NCBI GenBank assembly: GCA_030390025.1
Contig: CM059432.1
Location: 47,866,001 to 47,930,000, forward strand
Direction of reading: 5' to 3'
DNA length: 64,000 nucleotides
DNA from: Squalus acanthias
Lineage: Eukaryota
The position numbers and the translations under genes are program-made. This document shows, one piece after another, positions 24,607-37,819 of the stretch. The stretch's first letter is position 1. The number at the start of each line of letters is the position of its first letter. The notes beneath the pieces are model-generated. The model was not told where the DNA came from. It worked only from the letters and a program-made list of their open reading frames with translations, and did not search any database.

Positions 24607-25163
24607 AGTCTCTTTGCAAGCAAAGTAATGAAGGACAGCAACCAAAGTAGCAGCGAAGTTAGGATCAGTAGGCAAAACTATCTCACAAAGCTTAGACTCA
24701 ATGCAGAAGTCTCTCTTTCTCTCTCTCCTAATCTCTCTCTCTCTCTCAGAACGAGTGGTGCAAAAATGTCAACCACAGAAAAAGACAGGAAGAGGCCCCC
24801 TTTAAATAGCGCCCCCCCCCAGCCCCACAGCGATTGATAGCGTTCCAGTCTTCCGGTCGTTGGATGTGCCAGGCGGTAAGGCAGGGGGCGCCACTCAATT
24901 TCCGCTCCGGGGCGCCACAAGGGCGTTGCACCATGGAATGACGTCACAATCTGCGCGCGCAGGTGGTCGCAGCGGTAAAGTTTAGCGCCGCCGCACAATG
25001 TCTAGTTAAGTTCCGGAGCGGCGCAAACATCGCTGCGCCCGGGCGTTAGCGGCTTTGCGCCCCATTAGCGCCCTCTTAAGGCGCTAACGGGAGGCGCAAC
25101 CAACTGAATTTTTACCCCTAAGTGTTCAAAACTTAAACACTTAATTAATTAAATACATTAGCA

Positions 25164-26119
25164 ATGGCAGGGCAGGCGATGTGTTACTGCTGCAACATGT
25201 GGGAGCTGGTGGACACCATTGAGGTCCACGGCGACCACGTTTGCAGTAAGTGTTGGCTGCTTGAGGAACTTCGGCTCCGTGTTGATGAGCTGGAGTCTGA
25301 GCTTCAAACACTGTGACACATCAGGGAGGGGGAGAGTTACCGGGATGCTGTGTTCCAGGAGGCAGTCACACCCCTTAGATTAATTAATTCAAATTTGGTC
25401 CGTCATCAGGGACAGGTGGGTGTGACTATGAGCGAGGCAGGTATGGGGACCCAGGAGGTAGTGGTGGAGGAGCCTCAGCCTTGCTCTTGCCCAACAGTTA
25501 CGAGGTTCTTACTCTCTGTGTGGGTGAGAGCAGGGACTGCAGTGAGGATGAGCAAACTGACCACAGCACCGTGGTACAGGGAGCCATTCAAGTGGGGGGA
25601 GCAAAATGAAATGTGGTAGTGGTAGGGGACAGTATAGTTAGGGGGATAGACACTGTTCTCTGCAGCCAAGAGCATGAGTCCCGAAGGCTGTGTTGCCTGC
25701 CCGGTGCCAGGGTAGAGGACATCTTCTCTGGGCTGGAGAGGAACATAGAGTGGGAGGGGAAAGATCTTGTTGTCGTGGTCCATGTAGGTACCAACGACAT
25801 AGGTAGGACAAAGAAAGAGGTTCTGCTGAAGGAGTATGAGCACCTAGGGGCTAAATTAAAAAGCAGAACCACATAGGTAATAATCTCTGGATTACTACCT
25901 GAGCCACGTGCAAATTGGCATAGGGTAAATAAGATCAGAGAGATGAACGAGTGGCTCAAAGATTGGTGTGGGAGAAATGGGTTTCGATTCCTGGGGCACT
26001 GGCACCAGTACTGAGATAAGAGGGAGCTGTTCCATTGGGACGGGCTACATTTGAACCAGGCTGGGGCCAGTGTCCTGGTGAATCGAATAACTAGGGCTGT
26101 AGATAGGGCTTTAAACTAA
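25164..26119 (+). pseudogene. CR1 ORF1 (Cys-rich N-terminus, coiled coil, SGNH esterase), disrupted
   Basis: CYCCNMW..CSKC, VGDSIVRG, HVGTND and DGLHLN motifs; internal stops and frameshifts. Confidence 0.88.
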
Positions 26120-26122
26120 ATA

Positions 26123-29100
26123 GTGGGGGGGGAGGGATACGCTGAGCGGAAATTAAAAAAGTCAAAGAAAAATGAGAAGGCAAAAGGGCAGTGTAGCGAT
26201 AGGGGTAATGATAACCAGAGTGTGACAGGAAGGGACAGAACGTATACACATAAGAGTGCATCAGAAAGAAGGGTCAGAGTAGGGAAAAATGGTAAAAAGA
26301 CAAAATTAAAAGCTCTATATCTGAATGCATGCAGCATTCATAACAAGATAGATGAGTTGACAGCACAAATAGAAGAGTTGACAGCACAAATAGAAATAAA
26401 TGGGTATGATCTGATAGCCATTACAGAGACGTGGCTGCAAGGTGACCAAGGCTGGGAACTGAATATTCAGGGGTATTTGCCATTTCGTAAGGATAGGCAG
26501 AAAGGAAAAGGAGGTGGTGTAGCTCTGTTAATAAGGGATGAGATCAGTGCAGTAATGAGAAATTATATTGGCTTAGAAGATCAAGACGTAGAATCAGTTT
26601 GGGTGGAGATAAGAAATAATAAAGGTAAGAAGTCACTGATGGGAGTGGTCTACAGGCCCCCAAACAGTAGCCACACTGTAGGACAGAGTATAAATCAAGA
26701 AATAATAGAGGCTTGTAAGAAAGGTTTGGCTATAATCATGGGAGATTTTAATCTTCATATTGATTGGACAAAGCAAATTGGCAAAGGTAGACTTGAGGAA
26801 GAGTTCTTAGAGTGTATATGGGATGGTTTCTTGGAACAATACATTGTGGAGCCAACCAGGGAGAAGACTATTTTAGATCTGGTAATGTGTAACGAGACTG
26901 GATTAATTAATGATCTCGAAGTGAAGGATCCTCTTGGGAAGAGTGATCATAGCATGGTAGAATTTCAAATTCAGTTTGAGGGTGAGAAAGCTAGGCTCAA
27001 ACTAGTGTCCTGAACTTATACAAAGGTAATTACAAAGGTATGAAGGCAGACTTGGTTAAAGTGGACTGGGAAAATATATTACAGGGTAAGACTGTAGAAA
27101 AGCAGTGGCAAACATTTAAGGAGATATTTCATAACTCTCAGCAAAGATATATTCCAGTGAGAAAGAAAGACTCTAAGAGAAGGATGAACCAGCCGTGGCT
27201 AACTAAGGAAGTAAAGGATGGTATCAAATTGAAAACAAAAGCATACAATGTTGCGAAGAATAGTGGAAGGCCAGAGGATTGGGAAATTTTTAAAAACCAG
27301 CAAAGGACGACTAAAAAAATGATAAAGAGAGAGAAGATAGCTTATGAGAGTAAGCTAGCAAGAAATATAAAAACAGACAGTAAGAGCTTCTACAGGTATA
27401 TAAAAAGGAAGAGAGTAGCTAAAGTAAATGTTGGTCCCCTAGAGGATGAGTCTGGGGAATTAATAATGGGACACAGGGAAATGGCAGAGATTTTGAACAA
27501 ATATTTTGTATCGGTCTTCACGGTAGAAGACACTAAAAGCATCCCAATAATGGATAATCAAGGGGCTATTGGGGTGGGGGGGGGGGGAAACTTAAAACAC
27601 TCACTATCACTAGCGAGAAAGTACTAGGCAAACTAATGGGACTAAAGGTGGACAAGTCCCCTGGACCCGATAGCCTGCATCCTAGAGTCTTAAAAGAGGT
27701 GGCTGCAGAGATAGTGATGCATTGGTTGTAATCTACCAAAATTCCCTGGAGAGGTCTCAGCAGACTGGAAAACCACAAATGTAATGCCCCTATTTAAGAA
27801 AGGAGGGAGACAGAAAGCAGGCAACTATGCAGACAAATTTGCTGGAGTTCTTTGAGGATGTAATGAGCAGGATGGATAAAGGGGAACCAGTAGATGTCGT
27901 GTATTTGGATTTCCAGAAGGCATTCGATAAGGTGCCACATAAAAGGTTACTACACAAGATAAGAGCTCACGGGGTTGGGGGTAATATATTAGCATGGACA
28001 GAGGATTGGCTAACTAACAGAAAACAGAGAGTCGGGATAAATGGGTCATTTTCAGATTGGCAAACTGTAACTAGTAGGGTGCTGCAGGAATCAGTGCTGG
28101 GCCTCAACTATTTACAATCTATATTAATGACTTGGATGAAGGGACCAAATGTAATGTAGTCAAATTTGCTGATGATACAAAGATAGGTGGAAAAGCAAAT
28201 TGTGCGGAGGACGCAAATAATCTCCAAAGGGATATAGATAGGCTAAGTGAGTGGGCAAAAATCTGGCAGATGGAGTTTAATGTGGGAAAATGCAAGGTTA
28301 TCCACTTTGGTAGAAAAAATAAAAAAACAAATTATTATTTAAATGGGGAGAGATTACAAAATGCTGCGGTACAGAGGGATCTGGGGGTCCTTGTACATGA
28401 ATCACAAAAAGTTAGCATGCAGGTACAGCAAGTAATTAGGAAGGCAAATGGAGTGTTGGCCTTTATTGCAAAGGGAATCGAGTATAAAAGTAGGGAAGTC
28501 CTGTTACAACTGTACAGGGCGTTGGTGAGACCACACCTGGAGTACTGCGTACAGTTTTGGTCTCCTTATTTAAGGAAGGATATACTTGCATTGGAGGCAG
28601 TTCAGAGAAGGTTCACGAGGTTGATTCCGGAGATGAAGGGGTTGTCTTATGAAGAAAGGTTGAGCAAGTTGGGCTTATACTCATTGGAGTTTAGAAGCCT
28701 GAAAGGGGATCTTATTGAAACATATAGGGCCGAAAATTGATCCCGGGACGCGAGAGTACGCACTGCGTACTCTCGCGTATTCCCACTCCAATTGCCGGTT
28801 TTCTGCATGCCCTGCGCATGCGCTGAAAACCGGCAATTGCTCTTCTGAAAAGGGGGCGGGTCCTGGGTGCATCGCGTGCGCGCTACAGGCTGCGCGCACG
28901 CTGTGCACTTCATGCTTTGGACGCGCAGGTAAGTAGGGAAGATTTTGGAAATGTAAAAAGGAGGAGTAAGACCCGCTTTTAAGAAGGTAAGTAGTGAATT
29001 AAGTATTTTTTTGAATTTTTTTTTACAGGTATATCTTTTTTAGAGACTTTAAAGACAGGTAAGTTTATTTTTATAACTTTTTAAAAGATTTTAAATTTTT

Positions 29101-29710
29101 TCAAAAGTTTAATTTTTTATTTAAAATGGTTAATTTAATTAACTATACTTATTTTATTAATGTGATGGTTTTTTTTTTAAATTTAATTGAGGTTTAGCTG
29201 TTATTTTGGGGGGGTGTAAGATTCATAGATTTCACAGCAGGTCTGTGAAACTTATGAATGGAAGATGGTGTGCTGCCATTGGCTCTAACTGAGTCACGTG
29301 ATCCCACAGCTCGCACGAATTCACTACGCCGCTGGGATACGCAAGCCCAGCACAGCTGATGTCTGGAACATCAAGTTCGTGCGAGCTGGATCTGAAAAAG
29401 CACAAGCGAGGTGAGACATCGCGGGGAAGGCTTACCCCCGCGGGAACAGAGCGAGATCAATTTCTGGGCCATAAGATTCTGAAGGGGCTTGACAGGGTAG
29501 ATGCAGAGAGGATGTTTCCCCTCGTGGGGGAATCTAGAACTAGGGGGCATCATTTCAGAATAAGGGGGCACCCATTTAAATCGGAAATGAGGAGAAATTT
29601 CTTCTCTCAGAGGGTTGTGAATCTTTGGAATTCTCTTCCCCAGAGAGCTGTGGAAGGCTGGGTCATTGAATATATTTAAGGTGGAGATAGACAGATTTTT
29701 GAATGGTAAG
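26123..29710 (+). pseudogene. CR1 ORF2 (APE endonuclease + RT), disrupted
   Basis: AITETW, GDFN, SDH, YLDFQKAFD and KFADD motifs. Frameshifts, an in-frame 21-bp duplication (26354-26395), an apparent deletion at ~27828, and an insertion at 28727. Confidence 0.92.
28727..29470 (+). mobile_element. Family X element, copy 4 (744 bp)
   Basis: 16-bp TIR GGGCCGAAAATTGATC / GATCAATTTCTGGGCC; ATA TSD. Removing it restores the CR1 reading IETYKILKG. Confidence 0.95.
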
Positions 29711-29852
29711 GGAGTCAAGGGTTATGGGAAGCGGGCAGGGAAGTGGAGTTGAGGCCAAGATCAGATCAGCCATGAGCTTATTGAATGGTGGAGCAGGCTC
29801 GAAGGGCCAAATGTCCTACTCCTGCTCCTACGTCTTATGTTCTTATGTTATG

Positions 29853-30380
29853 TACCCTCCGTAAACTTGAGGTCATCCAAAACTCAGCTGTCCATGTCCT
29901 AACTCGCACTAAGTCCCGTTCACCCATCACCTCTGTGCTCGATGGCTTACATTGTCTCCCGGTTAAGCAACGCCTCGATTTTAAAATTCTCACCCTTGTT
30001 TTCAAATCCCTTTATGGCCTAGCCCCTCCCTATCTCTGTAATCTCCTCCAGCCCCACAACCCTCCCAGATATCTGCGCTCCTCTAATTCTGGCCTGTTGA
30101 GCATCCCTGATTTTAATCGCTCCACCATTAGTGGCCGTGCCTTCAGCTGCCAAGGCTCTAAGCTCTGGAATTCCCTCCCTAAACCTCTCCGCCTCTCTAC
30201 CTCTCTTTCCTCCTTTAAGACGATCTTTAAAACCTACCTCTTTGACCAAGCTTTTGGTCATCTGCCCTAATATCTCCTTATGTGGCTCGGTGTCAAATTT
30301 TGTTTTATAAAGCTCCTGTGAAGCACCTTGGGAAGTTTTACTACATTAAAGGCGCTATATAAATAAAAGGTGTTGTTGTT
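29853..30380 (+). mobile_element. L2 LINE 3' part
   Basis: KLEVIQNSA..LHCLPVKQR..KTYLF motif and AAAGGCGCTATATAAATA tail. Confidence 0.9.
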
Positions 30381-30699
30381 TGACAATGATGCATTCCAGT
30401 TGAATCTATGTCATTTCATTATTTATAAACCAAAAAGAAAAGACTATGCAGATGCTATCTTGAGAAGAAGGTGCTCCTTTAAAACCATTGATTATACTAT
30501 GCTGATAAATGATAGGCGCTAATGTAAATGGTGCCTAATCAGCGCCGCATAGAAGGTATCTATGAAGGGTGGGCTTCAGCAACAAGATGGGAAATCTTGA
30601 GAGCTGGAAAGCAACACTTCAGATAAAAAAGCTGAGAGACCCAGCTCAACCTACTCCTTGTCTGAACAGCACCATTGCATGATACAAGAATTACAAGGG

Positions 30700-30980
30700 C
30701 AAAAGCAAAATACTGCGGATGCTGGAAATCTGAAATAAAAACAGAAAATGCTGGAAATATTCAGCAGGTCAGGCAGCATCTGTTGAGAGAGTTAATGTTT
30801 CAGGTCGATGACCTTTTGTCAGAACTGGAAAAAGTTAGGGATGTCACAGATTTTAAGCAAGTGCAGGGGCAGGGAAATGGGGGAGGGGGGGGGAAAGAAC
30901 AAAAGGGAAGGTCTGTGATAGGGTGGAAGGCAGGAGTGATTAAATGACAAAAGGTATGATTGTACAAAGCAAAAGGAGCA
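30700..30980 (-). mobile_element. Penelope-like terminal-repeat fragment with a decayed hammerhead motif
   Basis: Minus strand: AGTT-CTGACAA-AAGGTCATCGACCT-GAAA-CATT-AACT. Related pieces at ~1925-1985, ~31775-31855 and ~33175-33230. Confidence 0.65.
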
Positions 30981-31149
30981 AAATTAACCGGGCAATGTCA
31001 TAATAGTGAAATACAAGGCCATTTATTCAAGGTTTATAGGTCAGAGAGGGCACAATGATGTGATGGACAAAGAGATATAATTGCATTGCAGGTCACAACT
31101 GGGGTAAAAAATTAAATTTCTGTTGTTTTTTTTCTTCCTTTTTCTACAG

Positions 31150-31520
31150 CAACACCTTGGACTTATATAAGTATCTTTTACATAGAAAAACTTTCCAAGG
31201 TACTTCACGAAGGAGAAGGAGGCGAAGGCGAATGGATGTCAAGTCAAAGAAGGTGAGATTAGGAGGGGTGATCAAAATCTTGGGTTAAAAGAATGGATTT
31301 TAAGAAGAGATGAAGTCAGTGGGGAGGGTATGGAGTTTGTGGTGGGGCTGAAAACAATGACTTTGGTCTCCCCAATGTTTAGCTGGAGGAAATTACAGCT
31401 CATCCAAGACTGGATGTCGGACAAGCTGTCTGACGGCACAGAAGCAGTGGAGGAGTCAAGAGAGGTTCTGGAAAGTAGGAACCGCATTCCATCAGTTTAC
31501 ATGGGGAAGCTGACCCTGAA
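31150..31520 (-). mobile_element. Degenerate L2 fragment
   Basis: LSDIQSWMSCNFLQLNIGETK on the minus strand. Confidence 0.75.
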
Positions 31521-34469
31521 GACATTGATTGATTGCTGGGGTATGATTCCATCTGATTGGTTGCCCACCAAGTCCTCACCCAAATAATAGTCTTCATATA
31601 CAAGACAGTGAATGTTGATCTGCCTTTTAACAGCAGGGGGCATCAGAACTGTGCCTAGTGTTGTCTTTACCTGACATGCATACACACACACTTCCAGCAG
31701 TGGTAACGTAATAGTGTTTATGAGCAGAAACCCTAATTATCTTCAATATTAAAAAAAGGAGAACATTCTGATGAAATACATAGCAGGCCAGTCAGCATAT
31801 GTAAAGAGAAAAGACCAGTTACAGCATTTCAGGAATGTACCCTTCATCAGAACATGGAATATTTGCCCACCCCTTACAAGGCAATAGTCAGGGCATGGAG
31901 CTGGGCTGGGGGAGTGAAGTCCCCCTACACCAGGGGTTCCCGCTTTCCCGGCTTATTTGGGTCCCAGCATTAGTACTGGAAGTCAGTACGTCCAGTGTGA
32001 TCAGGTGTACTGGCCTCCAATGAGCATAAGTGGACCCCACGGAGGGGTTGGTGGGTGGGGGTGGGATGGCAGGGTAGTCCAGGCCAGACAAGTGCCTAGA
32101 CCCCCAAAAAATAGTAATTAAAAAATATATACATCTTAACTGGTTCCCTTACACATTTTATGGGTTAGGAGCCTTTACCACTTGTGTATGGCTATAAATG
32201 CAAGTTCTTTCTTTCTTACTTTCTCTATAGTGCATAAAATGGTCTCCCTGGTATGCATTTAATATGTAGTTGGATTTAAAAACATTATAAAGTCTATCCT
32301 TGGAACATAGAATAAATGAGTTATCTTTTTCTTATTTGCAGCCCAAGCAATTTTTCAACAACAAATTTTAATTTATCAAACTGCATAATATAGAAAGGTT
32401 TGAAAAAAATGCTTCTATTAGCGCTATTTCTTGGAAATGTTTATGTCATGGCAGGGTGGACTAAAATGTTACTGTAGATAGCCAGAGGCACCCAAATCCA
32501 CACGTCCTGCCTGTCTGTGCAGCACTGGTTCAATGATAAATAAAATGTTTACGTTTTATCACATTCCAGAGCCTGTTAACTCTTCCACCAGCTACTGGTG
32601 ATTATGCGGAAGGTGTTTGTTTAGCAACAATATAAAATTATGTTAAACGTTGCAGAATTCAATTTTAGGGCAAGGTAAAACATTTCTACTATTCTTCCCC
32701 CTCCATTTTCCACAACTCATCTATGGGGAGGGAATGGGGCTGAGACTGGGTGAAGAAGGTGTTCGATGTTGTTCAACTTACTGCTTTAAAAAAAAAATAA
32801 ACCAACCCACTGTACCACATAATAAACGTCAGTCTTCCATGTAGTATTGGATCTAGTAAATGATTATATTTAAGGGTGAAGGATAAGAGGCCACCCGGGA
32901 CAGCACTGGAATAGTCAAGTCTGGAGGTTTCAAATACACAGGTGAGAATTTCATCTGGAGACGGCTCAGGCAGAGGCAGAGGTGGTCAATGTTACCGAGG
33001 TGACTTGACTCTGGAAGGAAGTTGTCTGAGACACCCTAGAGATCGTGGCCTCGCCCGACTTGGGTTGGACACCACATGGGATGTAAATGGGGTGTAAAAC
33101 ATGCTCAGAGGGTCTCTTACGTGAACAGGGCAGGAAAATTGCAGTTTACAACCAGACAGTGTAAACGGGAATATAAACAGAAAATGCTGGAGATACTCAG
33201 CAGGTCAGGCAGCATCTATTGAGAGAGAAAAGGGATACTGGCTGGCTGGAACCCAAACTGCAGCTACCAGCACCACAACTCTGCTTTACTCCACACTACC
33301 AGTAATCAGATCAATGCATTGTCACCCCAAGGCTGCACGACCCCTTCATTACAAGAACACCACAGGCTGATAGGTACACAGTGATGCAAAATCTGCAATA
33401 TAACTCTAATCTGAGGTTGCCAATGTAAGTGAACTTTAACAAGTGATACAAGACCATATCAAGGAGCTAAGCCCACATTGCTTGGGCATTACAGCATAAC
33501 TGGAACTGGTGGGAAACCTTCTAAAAGTTAAAAAGATCTGCAGGAATGCCTTCATGTTTTTAATTTTAGTAAAAAGCCAACATGACACTTGCCCCTTCAC
33601 GAATTGAAAATATCTAACCAGCATCCTGAGAGCAGCTCTGTGCGCGAGTTTAAGTATGTACACATGCTCGCACAGGGCAGGGGTGGCATTTGCCTTGTGG
33701 GGGCCCCGTGCCAAGGTTCGGCTTGGGGCCCCTACGTTTTACTAGACAAGTTAAAATCTCCCAGGCCTCACGCTGCCGAGGTCTGGACGGCTTGCCCTCC
33801 ACCTCGGTTTCCGTTCCCAAGTTAAAATCGTGGCTTTGGAACCTAAGGCCCTTCTCCTTGTTACCACCAGGGGGCAGACAAGATGTATTTTTGAAACACC
33901 AACAGACGCTAGCCAATCACTCGCCCACCATCCTACATTGTGAGAGGGGGAGGTAATTGTAGAAGAAGGAAAACTACAGTGTGCACCAGTAAAAGGACTT
34001 CTTTCTGCCTGTTATGAAATTTCGCAGGAATTCTTCTGTTAATTACACAGAATAATCCATCGTTTTGCTAAAATTTGTGGTGGTTTGTGCCTTTGTCATT
34101 ATGACGTTGTATTTTACTGTTTGAAGTGCCATTGTCTCTTCACCAGAGTGTTATCAGTCAGGCTCAATTGCAGTTATTTAATGAGCCAGAGGAAATTTTT
34201 CATTGATGAGCCATTTATCTGTCACAGGTAAAACATTTTAATGTTTTTACATTCTTTAGTTATATTTAAAAGGGAAGGAAATTCCGGGGGGATATTTACT
34301 CTTCACATGCTCTTACTATTGTTGTCTGAAAGGTAGATATCCACCGGAGATTCATCATTTCTCTTCTCAGTCACTTTGCCACGCAGGTAATGGGGAGGGT
34401 CACATGCATTCTGAAGCAACTCCATTCATTTCAATCAGTGTTGGCATTTTGGAGCAGCCTGGGACCATT

Positions 34470-35800
34470 GGCCCGGATTTTGTGGTAAAAATAATGGCGA
34501 GTCTATCAGCACTCACCGTTATTAAGGAATAAATTGGACAGTAACATGTGCAGTTCAACGCGGAAATCAGGAAGTTGCTGTCCGAGTTGCCCTGCTCCCC
34601 CACAAGCTTCGCTATACCAGTACCTCGGCCAGATACTCGGCATTCAAACACATGCAACGGCGTAATTTTTTAAATGTTGCGGTCCTTACCCACTAGATAC
34701 CCACTAAACACGGCAGAAAAAGCTAGTGCTTGTCCATTCAAGTGTAAGTGAATTTTTAACGACGTGGTAAGGAATGTTCCCTGTAACTTTCTTTACGTGC
34801 GCGGTCCCTTTAAATTTGATGCACGTGTGCGGTATCTCTTCCAGCAGCAGGAGCTGGTGAGTGGCCGGCGTGTGGAACTCTCGATTGGTACGAGGCCGTA
34901 CGGCCACGCACCTTAGGGCAAACATTGGTGGTAAGTCTTAATTACTGCCAAACAACCTCTTTGTCACTGAAAAAAGGATGAGTCTCATTCCTTCAGATTT
35001 TAATTATTGTTGGAGATTTAAAAAAAAACCATTTTTTTTAACTTTTGTTTCTGTCTTTTTTATCTCTCTCTAAATCCCATCTTCCTTTCCTCTCTTTAAT
35101 TTGCTTTCTGTACATGATTTTACATTGAATTAAGTATTCTAACTTACAGTATGTTGAGGATTGTTTTAATAATTGTATTTATGAAAATGTGTGACTCAGT
35201 CGGGATTCTTCAATCTGATTGGTTGAGGAGACACACTGCTGCTGCATAGTGGTTAGCACTGGTGGCATAGTGGTTAGCACTGGTGCTTCACAGCGCCAGG
35301 GACCCGGGTTCGAATCTGACCTCAGGTGACTGTCTGTGTGGAGTTTGCACATTCTCCCCGTGTCTGCGTGGGTTTCCTCCGGGTGCTCCGGTTTCCTCCC
35401 ACAGTCCAAAAATGTGCGGGTTAGGTTGATTTGGCTATGATAAATTGACCCTTAGTGTTAGGGGGGGATTAAATATGTGGGGTTATGGGGATAAGATGGG
35501 ATATGTTAGGGGGAATTAAATACGTGGGGTTACGGGGGTAGGGTGGGATATGTGTACTGTGGGGATTAAAGCAGGGGACAGGGTACTGGATTTGGATGAT
35601 CAGCCATGATCGTATTGAATGGTGGAGCAGGCTCGACGGGCCGAATGGCCTACTCCTGCTCCTAGATTCTATGTTTCTATGCTTGCCCTGTTCACACAGG
35701 TCCCAGATCCCCAGTAGAGGGCACTGTGTTCTCTCACAGCAGCCAAAACACAGCGGCGGTTTGCCCATTAGTGGAACGCAGCAAATTAATTGCAGCAGCA
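34470..35800. mobile_element. Family Y-related Harbinger-like element interrupted by a SINE; right end unclear
   Basis: Starts GGCCCGGATTTTG; internal similarity to 19294-20027. Confidence 0.65.
35244..35680 (+). mobile_element. V-SINE (HE1-like) with CR1-type tail
   Basis: tRNA head, V-domain TGTGTGGAGTTTGCACATTCTCCCCGTGTCTGCGTGGGTTTCCTCCGG, CR1 3' tail; 21-bp duplication at the 5' end. Confidence 0.88.
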
Positions 35801-36419
35801 TAACTCATGACTTACATGATACCGAAGGCTACTAGCGTCACAGATGTAATGTTTGTAATACAATTTACCTGCTGCTTTAGAAAACATACTTAAGATGCTT
35901 TGTTTGTCCCTCTGTTCTGTCCTCAACCTCTTGCTCTCAGTTATTTAAATTGTATAATATATTTATTTGGATCTGACTTCCATGTGGACTTGCAGCATTT
36001 GCTTAAGATGCAAGTAGTTTCATTTATTTATCCTTCCCTCCTCCATTCCCCCAAACCATTTTTTCAGTTATTTACATGACTGTCAACCATATTTTCCTCC
36101 CCACCTTACTTGTCAAGGTGGATTTGTAGCTCTTGCAGAAGTAATTGTTGGAGCAGAACACCCAAGGCAGGTTTTTCCCATTGTGAAGTCTTCAACGAGC
36201 AGGACTTTTAGCATGCAGTCATTCACCATAGTCTGAGGATGATTGACTAGCTGACTCTGGCCACCCTGTCTAAGCTCAGTATCAAAGAACCTCATAAAGG
36301 CCCACTTCCAGCCCCAGTGCAAACATCAATCCCTGCCACTGACACAAAAACCTCACCCCAAATGACTTTGCCACAGAAAAGGTTATTTAAAAGCGTAAAC
36401 TATAAAATGTTTTTTTTAT

Positions 36420-36760
36420 GCATTTATGGGATGTGGGCAATGCCAGCATTTATTGCCCATCCCTAATTGCCCTTGAGAAGGTGGTGGTGAGCCGCCTTCT
36501 TGAACCGCTGCAGTCTGTGTGGTGAAGGTACTCCCACAGTGCTGTTAAGCAGGGATTTCCAGGAGTTTGACCCAGCGACGATGAAGGATCGGCGATATAC
36601 TTCTAAGTAAGGATGGTGTGTGACTTGGAGGGGAACTTGGAGGTGATGGTGTTTCCATGCGCCTACTGCCCTTGTCCTTCTAGGTGGAAGAGGTCGCGGG
36701 TTTGGGAGGTGCTGCCGAAGAAGCCTTGGTGAGTTGCTGCAGTGCATCTTGTAAATGGTT
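36420..36760 (-). mobile_element. 3' fragment of the LINE family of 3883-7005
   Basis: Close match to ~3900-4230. Confidence 0.9.
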
Positions 36761-37819
36761 AAAGATATGAATGTTTTAATTTATTTTCTGTTTGCATCTC
36801 ATGGTTGTTATTTGTAAATGTTTTATCTAATTGTCACCTGGTAAAGGGGGCGATTTGGTGAATTCTATGTATTGCAGTTCCACAAGAAATGGATGAAAAG
36901 AACTCTCATAATGCATCTCATACATATAGAATTTGTCAACAGGGGCTGGTAATCTTTGCCTCAGTTGATGGTTTATTGTCTGCATGGTTATCATGTAATG
37001 TGAGTTGTCAGTGCAATCTTGGTGTTATAGGTCCACAGAAGAAGGATTAAAACTGCAACTCTCATAATCTATCTTTCACACACGCTAAGAGAGAAGGGCG
37101 AAACTTCTGGCAAGCATTTTCAATGTATAATGGCTAAGTTTTTCCAGAATCATATTATTCTTAATGTATTTATTATAGTTTAAATTAAATTTTTATACAT
37201 AAGTACTGGGCCGTATGAGGAAACAACATGGTTACTGAAAGAATGATGAAAATTGAACAATTTAAATGATTTTGTAGCTATGGAAAAAAAAGTACTTTTA
37301 TTGATTGGTTGGCTTTTTGGTGGTTGTTAGGTAGCGTTTCGTACCTAGTGAATGGAACTGGTATTTGGTTGGTTCAATGCAGTGTTTGAGGCAATCAGCA
37401 TGGCTATCTTAACAACATAGTTATTTGAGCCAATCATAAATTTTTGCCTTTACCTTTGTATGACTTTACCTTTGATATGTTGATGCCTTTGTCAGCTGTG
37501 GGCACGTACTAAATGTAAGACTTCTAACAGGGAGACAGACATTATGTGTAATTAGCACACTGAAGGTTAAAAGCTTCTATGGATGCTTATTAAACATTAG
37601 TGTGGTGGTAGATTATTTTGTTTGTCAAAATGGAAAATGTTCTGATTAAACAGATATTGTACAGCAGTGATGAAACACAAATAAAGAGGCGCTCAGTACC
37701 AGGCAGTGCTAAAATCTGAAATCTGCTCTTTAATTACATTTAATACAAAGCAGAGTGAAAATCACAGACACGCAAAAGAACCAAATCCTGTATTTGTGCC
37801 AATAAACAGCTGTAACAAA

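Larger units (their letters stand above)
20955..25118. mobile_element. Autonomous PIF/Harbinger DNA transposon (4164 bp)
   Basis: TAA TSD at 20952-20954 and 25119-25121; TIR GGGGGAAAAATT / AATTTTTACCCC; two convergent open genes. Confidence 0.96.
20687..29852 (+). mobile_element. Full-length degenerate CR1 LINE (5'UTR, ORF1, ORF2, tail) hosting two DNA transposons
   Basis: 5'UTR with short repeats and TGACGTCA; ORF1 and ORF2 remnants; TCTTATGT-type tail; possible TACC TSD. Confidence 0.92.

Noticed and set aside
23446..24675. Domesticated host gene HARBI1 (and NAIF1/MSANTD for the partner)
   Set aside because: It is enclosed by TIRs and a TSD and inserted in a CR1, so it is a transposon gene and no host symbol is given.
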